From an uncultured archaeon (GTDB lineage Archaea > Iainarchaeota > Iainarchaeia > Iainarchaeales > DATDZZ01): a DNA stretch of 13,595 bases. The stretch spans positions 1 to 13,595 of the forward strand of contig CAYJVY010000017.1 in assembly GCA_964373795.1 (NCBI GenBank), written 5' to 3'. The translations under genes and the position numbers were made by a program. The notes under the pieces are model-generated. The model saw only the letters and a list, made by a program, of their open reading frames with translations, ran no database searches and was not told the DNA's origin. Positions 1 to 6,730 of the stretch are shown piece by piece (position 1 is the stretch's first letter; every line of letters begins with the position of its first letter).

Positions 1-2
1 CT

Positions 3-1154
3 TACAATGTTCCAATAAAAATTATTCCAAAATATTCTGAATCAATTCCTTTAAATACTGAGTTCAATATTGCAATTACTATCCTTAATAATGATAATAA
101 TTCTAAAAAAATAACTCTAAATAAAGCAATTTTCTTTCGTTATTCTAATGAAGGGGGATCTGAAGATTCAATTGAAAAACAAATTAATGAAACTAAAAAC
201 GTTGAAGGAAATTCAAGCGAAATATTTAATTTTTCATTTAACTCAGGCAATAAAGAATCAATGACTGCAAATCTTGTATTCACACTAGAAATACCTCATC
301 CAATATATGGAAAAGCGGTCATTCATTTAGAAATATTTCCATTAATTGTTTACGATAAACAAAACGAAGCTAGTTGTGGAAATAAAAAATATAACAAAAA
401 CATGGGGGTGTGTTTTAATGAAATTCTTTATCCAACGCGTAGTGCTTGTTATTCAAATGATGATTGCTTATCTGAAGACTATGTATGCATTGAAAACAGT
501 TGCTTTAGTCAAATCTCAAGATTTTCGCCAAACCAAGAATACAAAGTTGGAGCTTTGCCAATTTTAATTGTCGACAATGAAAATTTGTTTAATGAAATGA
601 AAGATCTCAATATAGCTGAATTTAATAACATTATTAATAAATCCAATAAATGGTTTGAGAATGAAAGAATTTATTGGAATGCTTCAAATGAAAACAAGTT
701 TACAATAAAATATGAGGCGTTAGATTATTGCAGGTTAACAAAAAGTGAATACCTTCAATTAATAAAAAAACATGATAGTGATTTAAATTTTGTAAAAGGT
801 TTAATCGAGTTTTGTAATGTAAACAAATCAGAATACTCAATTGTTGCAGTTCATGAATTTTGGGATGAAAAGCTGTTAACTCAGGATATTTTTGATGAGA
901 GGAATAGAATTGGAGCAATAGGTGCTGCAGGAATTAATTATGGAGACATAATTATTTTTGCATTAGATTATAGTGCGTTAATTCATGAAACTCTTCACAG
1001 TTTTGGAGAAATTGATTTATATCAAAAAAATGGAGTTCATGGATCTAGATTTCAATGGAGAAACTGTAATTTATTTCAAGCGAATTGGATGGAATTTGAA
1101 TTAAATCCACATCTTTGTCCTTTAGAAGCAAAAATAATTGGCTGGAAAGATTAA
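3..1154 (+). CDS. 5'-truncated secreted/surface protein with a C-terminal zincin-like (HExxH) putative metalloprotease domain
   Basis: I read the frame of the 261..1154 ORF codon by codon back to position 3 and found no stop, so the gene enters from upstream of the window. The N-terminal part is beta-rich and Asn/Ser-rich, which suggests an Ig/CARDB-like fold. A Cys-rich linker follows (CGNKK..GVCFNE..SACYSNDDC..YVCIENSC). An HExxH motif, HETLH, is encoded at 984-998 within ALIHETLHSFGEIDLY. The stop is TAA. Confidence 0.6.
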   Translation, partial: YNVPIKIIPKYSESIPLNTEFNIAITILNNDNNSKKITLNKAIFFRYSNEGGSEDSIEKQINETKNVEGNSSEIFNFSFNSGNKESMTANLVFTLEIPHPIYGKAVIHLEIFPLIVYDKQNEASCGNKKYNKNMGVCFNEILYPTRSACYSNDDCLSEDYVCIENSCFSQISRFSPNQEYKVGALPILIVDNENLFNEMKDLNIAEFNNIINKSNKWFENERIYWNASNENKFTIKYEALDYCRLTKSEYLQLIKKHDSDLNFVKGLIEFCNVNKSEYSIVAVHEFWDEKLLTQDIFDERNRIGAIGAAGINYGDIIIFALDYSALIHETLHSFGEIDLYQKNGVHGSRFQWRNCNLFQANWMEFELNPHLCPLEAKIIGWKD

Positions 1155-1771
1155 GGTTTTTTTGCTTCAAAGTCCTTAAAACATTTTTCACATTCAAGTG
1201 AACATTCTTCTTTTTCTGGGTTGCACTTATTGCAAGCAGAAGAACAATCTGCATTCAAATCCTTTTCCACAACACCATTTTTCATTAACGAGTCTTGGTT
1301 AGAAGAAGTAATCATAGTCTCATTTAATGCTGGAGTAGTCCCAAAAAAAGGCTCTCTTTCATTGCTTTTAAAATCACTTGGGGCACTTAAACCTTGATTT
1401 AAATTATAGTTAAGCGAAGGAGAAAACAAAGTTGATCCAAAAAGGAAAAGCATTAAACCAACTAAACCAATTACTGCAAAAGAAAGAATAATCAAAAAAG
1501 AACTTGATTCAGGGGAAGAAATTTTCTTTCCCTTTCTAGTAAGAGAATAATACTTCCATTTTCTTCCTTCATCAATTAATTCAATTAAATCTGATTCAAG
1601 CAAAATATTAAGATGCTGTTTAACTGTAGGAGAACTCATGTCAAGCTTTGAAGCTAGTTCAGTTAAAGTATAATTTCTTTCATTTAATAATTTTAAAATA
1701 GTTGTCCTACTATCTGATGAAAGAGCTTTAAATTCATTTGAAGAAAGTTGAACTTCATCCAATAAAATCAC
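1151..1771 (-). CDS. ArsR/SmtB-family winged-HTH regulator fused to one transmembrane helix and a Cys-rich C-terminal tail
   Basis: The N-terminus FKALSSDSRTTILKLLNERNYTLTELASKLDMSSPTVKQHLNILLESDLIE is a classic ArsR HTH. A hydrophobic segment follows (FLIILSFAVIGLVGLMLFLFGSTLF). The C-terminus reads CSSACNKCNPEKEECSLECEKC, which is two CX3CX2C units. The start is uncertain: GTG at 1769-1771 or TTG three codons later, with no ATG before the HTH. Confidence 0.7.
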   Translation of the reverse strand: MILLDEVQLSSNEFKALSSDSRTTILKLLNERNYTLTELASKLDMSSPTVKQHLNILLESDLIELIDEGRKWKYYSLTRKGKKISSPESSSFLIILSFAVIGLVGLMLFLFGSTLFSPSLNYNLNQGLSAPSDFKSNEREPFFGTTPALNETMITSSNQDSLMKNGVVEKDLNADCSSACNKCNPEKEECSLECEKCFKDFEAKKP

Positions 1772-2014
1772 TTAAACAAAAAAAACTATTGCACTCAAAA
1801 CAACTACAAGAAAAGAAATTGTTCTATTATAATAAGCAATTAATGCCAATAAAGGAGGAAGAACTAAAAACCAATAATTAAAATCAAAGTTATAAAAATA
1901 AATTCCAAAAATCATTCCAATAGTAAATAAAACAAACACAGATGAAGCAAAAACCTGCACAGATTTAGTTATCCTGTTTTCAAGTATTTCAATCCAATTA
2001 TCTACCCTACTCAT
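1772..2014 (-). CDS. small polytopic membrane protein (80 aa, 2-3 TM segments)
   Basis: The ORF has hydrophobic stretches VFASSVFVLFTIGMIFGIYFY, WFLVLPPLLALIAYY and ISFLVVVLSAIVFFV. Its TAA stop (1772-1774) directly abuts, in frame, the GTG of the ArsR gene. Confidence 0.5.
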   Translation of the reverse strand: MSRVDNWIEILENRITKSVQVFASSVFVLFTIGMIFGIYFYNFDFNYWFLVLPPLLALIAYYNRTISFLVVVLSAIVFFV

Positions 2015-2105
2015 TAAGAAATTATGAAATTAAGAGTTTTTAATTTTTTTGATTTAGTTAGTAAGGCATTAATCAAGCAAAATAGGCTTCCAAGCCAAAA
2101 ATTAG

Positions 2106-2429
2106 TCATTTTTTGCTTTTAAGTTTATCCAGTATTTCATGAACTAATTTGTAATCCAAATTCAATTCATTTGCAATAGTAATTGGAACAACCTCTTCAT
2201 GCTTATTGTAATACTTTAAAATTTCTTTTTCAACATTGGAAGAAACCTTTCCAGAAAGCCTTGAAGACTCTCCAAAACCAAGTTTTTCCCTTACAGCAGT
2301 TCGAACAAAATCAGAAACATTCAAAAAATCCCCTCTTAAAACCAAAGAAGTAATTCGATCAAATTCTTGCCTTGTAAGCTTTGTAGCAACAATTCTAGAA
2401 GAGGCATTAGATTTTTTGTTTAAAACCAT
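2106..2429 (-). CDS. ribbon-helix-helix (CopG/Arc-like) DNA-binding protein with a possible C-terminal winged-helix
   Basis: RIVATKLTRQEFDRITSLVLRGDFLNVSDFVRTAVREKL fits the RHH pattern of a beta strand followed by two helices. There is no SD upstream, but there is a TATA-like box at leaderless distance. Confidence 0.6.
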   Translation of the reverse strand: MVLNKKSNASSRIVATKLTRQEFDRITSLVLRGDFLNVSDFVRTAVREKLGFGESSRLSGKVSSNVEKEILKYYNKHEEVVPITIANELNLDYKLVHEILDKLKSKK

Positions 2430-2451
2430 GAGTTAAATATAGTTAACCATG

Positions 2452-2459
2452 TATAAAAA
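2452..2459 (-). promoter_or_regulatory. TATA-like box for the RHH gene (leaderless geometry)
   Basis: On the minus strand the sequence TTTTTATA lies at -30 to -23 relative to the ATG at 2429. No SD lies between them. Confidence 0.35.
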
Positions 2460-2535
2460 TCTTTCTAGTAGTAAAAATTTCGAGGAAGTTTGGTTTACCT
2501 TATTAAACTATGTTAAAAAAAAAGGAGTTAAGGAG

Positions 2536-2730
2536 TTAAGCAAAATCTTTTACTCCTGTAACAAAGGTTTCTGAAAAACGTTTTTTGCAGTCAATTACTC
2601 CTAATAGTTCATATAAATAATTTCTTATAAGTCTAGAGCTACTGCCACTTGAAATTTCAAACAAAATTTGCTGTTTTTCAATCTCTAGTTCTTCTAAAAA
2701 TTTTTCTTGCAAACTTTTTTTACTCCACAT
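2536..2730 (-). CDS. hypothetical small protein (64 aa from the internal ATG)
   Basis: The ORF track starts this gene at 2757. However, the ATG at 2728-2730 (MWSKKSLQEK...) is preceded by GGAGGAG (minus strand, 2736-2742) at SD spacing. I recognise no family. Confidence 0.45.
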   Translation of the reverse strand: MWSKKSLQEKFLEELEIEKQQILFEISSGSSSRLIRNYLYELLGVIDCKKRFSETFVTGVKDFA

Positions 2731-2771
2731 TTTATCTCCTCCTAAAAACTTGAACAATTATCTTTAAGCCA

Positions 2772-2780
2772 TTTTTATAT
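2772..2780. promoter_or_regulatory. A/T-rich TATA-like box in the divergent intergenic region
   Basis: The sequence is TTTTTATAT. For the minus-strand gene (start 2730) it predicts a ~20-nt leader that contains the SD. For the plus-strand gene (ATG 2804) it would be at leaderless distance, but that would exclude the GGAGGAG at 2787-2793. The orientation is therefore ambiguous. Confidence 0.3.
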
Positions 2781-2803
2781 GTTTTCGGAGGAGTTCATTT
2801 CCT

Positions 2804-3115
2804 ATGAAAATTCACTTCGCAATCGACGAATTTTTGTTAATTCTTAATAATCTAATGCAAACCGATTATTGTGGTAAAATGCAGATTATTGAGTCAAATC
2901 ATTGGAAATTAAAAAAGATTCAAAGAACAAATATTGAGAATTACATGATAGAAGAAGTAATTAAAAAAACTAAAAAATTTGAAAAAGACAAAAAATGGAG
3001 TAATGCATTAAATGCAATTAAAAGAATTCGCGAAACGGGAAAGTTATTAAAAGTAGTTTTTCGCTTCATAGGAAAGAATAAAATTAAGTTAATTACTGCA
3101 TATTATTTAGATTAA
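2804..3115 (+). CDS. DUF4258-like putative toxin-type small protein
   Basis: GGAGGAG lies 10 nt upstream of the start. The segment SNHWKLKKIQRTNIENYMIEEVI and the C-terminal KVVFRFIGKNKIKLITAYY resemble the DUF4258 pattern (H-containing helix ... hydrophobic strand ending iTvY). The gene is directly followed by a DUF2283 gene. The assignment is from memory of the family profile, not from a search. Confidence 0.45.
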   Translation: MKIHFAIDEFLLILNNLMQTDYCGKMQIIESNHWKLKKIQRTNIENYMIEEVIKKTKKFEKDKKWSNALNAIKRIRETGKLLKVVFRFIGKNKIKLITAYYLD

Positions 3116-3124
3116 GGGATTTAA

Positions 3125-3337
3125 ATGAAAAAACTTTCATGGTACGATGAACAAGAAGATATTTTTGGAATAAATATCAATGCAAAAAAAAAATACTGGA
3201 AAAGTATCGAATTAAAGAATGGGGTAATAATTGACATTTCAAAAAATGGCCAAATAATTGGTTTTGAAATACCTAATGCAAAAAAAATATTTTCAGGAAA
3301 AGCAGAGAAAATTCTTCAAACAACTAAAAACTTATAA
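3125..3337 (+). CDS. DUF2283 family small protein (antitoxin-like partner)
   Basis: LSWYDEQEDIFGINI...GVIIDISKNGQIIGFEIPNAKKIF matches the DUF2283 signature (YD.e.D.l.i ... d.dG.i.G.Ei.nas). AAGGGA lies 6 nt upstream of the start. The gene starts 9 nt after the preceding gene. Confidence 0.65.
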   Translation: MKKLSWYDEQEDIFGININAKKKYWKSIELKNGVIIDISKNGQIIGFEIPNAKKIFSGKAEKILQTTKNL

Positions 3338-4867
3338 AAATTCTTTTGTTTCTTTTTCGGATTCTTCTTTTGATTCTTCAAACCGTTTAGCGGAATCCTC
3401 TAAAGAAATTTCGTGTTTTGACTCCATTGATTTTCTTTTTCTAACTTTAAAGAAAACAGGATTGCCAACTGCCTCTCCCACAAGCAAGGCTTCTCCTACT
3501 CTTAAAGAGGTTAACATGTCTAAAGAATTTTTGTCAATTGCTTCAGCGCTTTCAGAAATATGTTTCAAGTCATTTGGGTTAGTAATGCGTAAAAAAATAT
3601 TTGTCCCACACTGAGATAAAGTAGTTGTATCTAATTGCACTGGCCTTTGGGAAATCAGACAAAGTGATGCTCCAAATTTTCTTCCTTCTCTTGCAATTGT
3701 TCTAAAAACATGTTTTGAAATGCTTCCTTCTTTTGAAGAAAATTGTGGAATAAAGTTATGGGATTCTTCTAATACAATTAAAAAAGGCGGAATTGATTTT
3801 TGTCTTCTTTCATAAAAAATTTTTGAAGTAAAATAGCTTACAATTATTTGCTTTCTTTTCAAATTAATTGAATCACTTAAATCAACTATTGCTAATTGTC
3901 CTGGCTTAATTAAATCCAAAATATTTGGAGAATCAATGCTTGAAAATAAACGAGTTTCTTCTAAGTCATTTAACCAACTAATTAATGCTCTAGAAGTATT
4001 CTCATTAAGGTCTTCGTCTCTTAAAAGCTCGTTTTTAATGTTAATTAAATCATATGGGCCTAAGCCTTCTCTCATTTCTTTTTGAAGTTTTAAAATAATT
4101 TTACTTAATTCTCTTTTCTGTTGCCCTGAAAGATCTGGAATAAATGAAGCAAAGTTTTGCACTGAAAGTTTTGGCACTCCAATCTTTATTTCTCTTGAAT
4201 GAATTACTCTAGTTTTATTTGAATAATCCGAATACTTTGAATTAGTAATTGGTTCTGCAAAAGACAAGTATTCCCCATGCAAGTCAAATACTAAGACAGC
4301 TATTCTTCCATGCTCTTTTTTTCTATCCAATAATTCTTCAATTAAATCTGCAGTGAAAAAACTTTTTCCATATCCTGATTGAGCTAAAATCGAACAATGT
4401 TTTTGCAACAACCTAGTCATGTTAAGCTTTACTTCTAGATCATGATATTCTACTTTTCCTAAGTTCAAGCCATTGTCATCTAAATGCAAAAATTTTTTCA
4501 AATTCATTGGAGAAGCAAGTCTAACCTTTGTTCCAGGAGAAGGAGGATAAGTAGCTCTTCTAATCACTCCTTCCTTGAACACTCCTAAAGGCTTTGTTTT
4601 AGCAATTAAATACTCCCACTCTCCTACAGGAAATTGTTCAAACAAGTTATGCCCTTTTGATTCAAATTCTTTAACTGATTCAGCTCTTTCAAAATACCTG
4701 TTTGTTTTAATTACGTTAACAATTAATGCAATTAAAGTCCCTTCATTATAATCTAATTCAATAAATTGCCCTCTATGAACTACTCCTGAGTTTACAACAA
4801 AGTTTAACTCGACAGGGGAAGGCCCTTCAAAAGAAGAAACAACTGTTCCAATTTCTTTTTCATTCAT
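3332..4867 (-). CDS. herA: HerA-type hexameric DNA translocase/helicase ATPase (DUF87/FtsK-HerA superfamily)
   Basis: An N-terminal HAS-barrel-like region is present (IGTVVSSFEGPSPVELNFVV). Walker A AQSGYGKS is encoded at 4361-4384; I checked the reverse complement as GCT CAA TCA GGA TAT GGA AAA AGT. Walker B-like FLIVLEESHNF and the conserved LISQRP motif are also present. At 511 aa the length is typical. Confidence 0.9.
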   Translation of the reverse strand: MNEKEIGTVVSSFEGPSPVELNFVVNSGVVHRGQFIELDYNEGTLIALIVNVIKTNRYFERAESVKEFESKGHNLFEQFPVGEWEYLIAKTKPLGVFKEGVIRRATYPPSPGTKVRLASPMNLKKFLHLDDNGLNLGKVEYHDLEVKLNMTRLLQKHCSILAQSGYGKSFFTADLIEELLDRKKEHGRIAVLVFDLHGEYLSFAEPITNSKYSDYSNKTRVIHSREIKIGVPKLSVQNFASFIPDLSGQQKRELSKIILKLQKEMREGLGPYDLINIKNELLRDEDLNENTSRALISWLNDLEETRLFSSIDSPNILDLIKPGQLAIVDLSDSINLKRKQIIVSYFTSKIFYERRQKSIPPFLIVLEESHNFIPQFSSKEGSISKHVFRTIAREGRKFGASLCLISQRPVQLDTTTLSQCGTNIFLRITNPNDLKHISESAEAIDKNSLDMLTSLRVGEALLVGEAVGNPVFFKVRKRKSMESKHEISLEDSAKRFEESKEESEKETKEFL

Positions 4868-4872
4868 TTAAT

Positions 4873-5556
4873 TCAACTCAATGCAATTGCGTTTGACTTA
4901 ATTCGATGTAATTCATTTCTTAAGCCAAATTCTAGGTGAGCTTTTGCTCCAGGCTCTCTTTGAATAAAAGATAAGTTTGCAGAAGCCTTTATTAGTCTTT
5001 CAACAATTTCTTCTGCAGCAGCAAAGTCAACCTCTCGAACAATTTTCATTAAATCTTCTCCAACTTTTTCTAAATCAATTTTTAAATAACGGGTCTCATG
5101 TATTCCATCAAATTGTTCTTCAAAATCTATTCGCTGCGGATGAAAAAAATAATCAAACAAATGTTCATAATGAATATCAACCAATTTTTTTCTTGCCTGC
5201 AATAAATCTATCTGAGCTTTTTTTATTGAATCTTTCACTGAAACCAGTTTTTTTTTCATTACATTTTTTTCACTGCCTTTCAAAAACCTTAAACTATTTT
5301 CAATAGATCTTTTAAGCAAAACCATTTCAGCTAAGTAATCCTTGAATTCATGAAAACCTAGTTTGCCTTCCATAGATAACTCTCTCATTTGCAGAACTCG
5401 TTTCTCTCTTTCAACAAATCCTTCAAAAGCTGCTTTCCGAAAACCTTTAAGTCTTTGAAAAACCTTTATTGCACGCTTTACAAGGCTTCTTGGGTTTTTT
5501 TTACCATGCCTTGGCTTGGACAATAAAGCTTTAATTTTTTGCCTAATCCTTTTCAT
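4873..5556 (-). CDS. hypothetical protein (227 aa), basic N-terminus then helical/coiled-coil, embedded between nurA and herA
   Basis: A strong SD (AAGGAG on the minus strand, 5562-5567) lies 5 nt before the ATG. The TGA stop is only 5 nt before the herA ATG. I recognise no family. Confidence 0.6.
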   Translation of the reverse strand: MKRIRQKIKALLSKPRHGKKNPRSLVKRAIKVFQRLKGFRKAAFEGFVEREKRVLQMRELSMEGKLGFHEFKDYLAEMVLLKRSIENSLRFLKGSEKNVMKKKLVSVKDSIKKAQIDLLQARKKLVDIHYEHLFDYFFHPQRIDFEEQFDGIHETRYLKIDLEKVGEDLMKIVREVDFAAAEEIVERLIKASANLSFIQREPGAKAHLEFGLRNELHRIKSNAIALS

Positions 5557-5605
5557 TCAAACTCCTTCTGAGAATAACATAAATATTTCTTGCATAAAAT
5601 CGCTT

Positions 5606-6730
5606 TTAAAAAGGACGCTTATCCCTTCTTTGAGGCATAAATAAATGGCTTCCAGCTTTATCCAAAATTTTTTCAAAAACAATATCAATTTCTTCAGGCT
5701 TTAATTTAGCTCTTAAATCTGCTTCAATTAAAACAGTTGGAAAAGCATACTCTCTATGAAAAGAACTTAAAGCAAAAACAATTGAAGCAATTTCATTCAC
5801 CTGCTCACCCAGTTCCGTCGACTGTCCTTTATCAGCCATGCTAGCTGCTTCGGCGATGAATTCAACTCTTAAAGGCCTGTCAAATTGAGAAGGCTTTAAA
5901 TAAAACGCATGAATTCTTTCACTCCATTTTGAATCCAAGTCATTCAAGATCGGATGCTGTTTAACATTTGAAGCATACCTGAAAGCAAAACTTCTCTCTC
6001 CTTGCTTTAACAAGTAATCAAGCAAACTTGAATCAAAAGAGTTTTCAATTGCTTCAGAGGAAAGCAATTGCGTTTTCGGTAAAACCTCTTTTTGGATTAT
6101 TCCTTTAAATCTTGTTCCACGAGAATCCTCTACACAAGCAATTAATTTACACTTACTTTTCTCGCTTGCTTGAAATAATTCTTGAAAATCATTTAAAACT
6201 TCGTGATAAAGAGCTGTAATCTTTGAATCATTTCTAGGCTTGTCTGCATGCATTGGAATAATAGAGCCATCCAAGAAAACAAATTCTGGAGAAAATTCTT
6301 TAATTACTTCTCTAGCTAAATTAATTTCTTTTTGCAAGCGATACAAAGATTTACTGCAATTAAATTCATCTCTTTCCAAGGCATTAGTTAAAATAATTGG
6401 TTCGGGGAATTTAAAAAAATTTGGAAAATAATTTGATGAAACAACTTTAGAGTTCTTAAAATCAAATACTGCGGCCATTGCTCGAACAAGAATTAAATCA
6501 ATTGAAGAAAAACTTTTCCCAATAAAACCTGAATCAATTCCAGCAATTCTGGAATTCAAATTCGTTTTTTTCACTTCAGAAATAAATTTTTCTTCAAGTA
6601 ACTCTGAAGAATTAAATTCAAGCAAATTTTTTTTACGCAAAAAATTTAATGAATTTGAATTCTTTTTTCTCTTCTCTTCACTTAACTTAATTGATTCAAC
6701 TGCTTCATTAATTACTTTAGTTAAATTCAT
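5606..6730 (-). CDS. nurA: NurA-type nuclease (375 aa from the corrected start)
   Basis: NurA-like acidic motifs are present: IAGIDSGF, FVFLDGSIIP, ACVEDSRG and VLIEADLRAKL. The ORF track extends the gene to 6862, but those 44 codons lie in the GC island and read as non-protein-like (MLALVSTHETSQPARLRVCVASRLPRETAVECPHRHVSSGVGPC). The ATG at 6728-6730 (MNLTKVINEAV) has AGGAG 11 nt upstream. Confidence 0.85.
   Translation of the reverse strand: MNLTKVINEAVESIKLSEEKRKKNSNSLNFLRKKNLLEFNSSELLEEKFISEVKKTNLNSRIAGIDSGFIGKSFSSIDLILVRAMAAVFDFKNSKVVSSNYFPNFFKFPEPIILTNALERDEFNCSKSLYRLQKEINLAREVIKEFSPEFVFLDGSIIPMHADKPRNDSKITALYHEVLNDFQELFQASEKSKCKLIACVEDSRGTRFKGIIQKEVLPKTQLLSSEAIENSFDSSLLDYLLKQGERSFAFRYASNVKQHPILNDLDSKWSERIHAFYLKPSQFDRPLRVEFIAEAASMADKGQSTELGEQVNEIASIVFALSSFHREYAFPTVLIEADLRAKLKPEEIDIVFEKILDKAGSHLFMPQRRDKRPF

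Noticed and set aside
1772-1774. Stop-codon reassignment or programmed read-through of TAA, suggested by two in-frame TAA-start abutments (1772-1774 before the ArsR gene and 8356-8358 before pth2).
   Set aside because: TAA terminates most of the well-supported genes here (herA, nurA, pth2, hjc and the GTPase gene) at positions matching normal protein lengths. A genome-wide recoding of TAA is therefore not supported. Simple translational coupling is the more economical explanation.
2085-2096. Small hairpin GGCTTCCAAGCC just downstream of the RHH gene, as a terminator.
   Set aside because: It is only a 4-5-bp stem with a very tight loop. The adjacent T-runs alone would suffice for archaeal termination, so there is not enough support to call it a distinct feature.
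2524-2539. Tandem GGAGTTAA GGAGTTAA at the 3' end of the 64-aa gene.
   Set aside because: There are only two 8-nt units, and they overlap the stop codon. This is too short to separate from chance or slippage, and no functional geometry is apparent.
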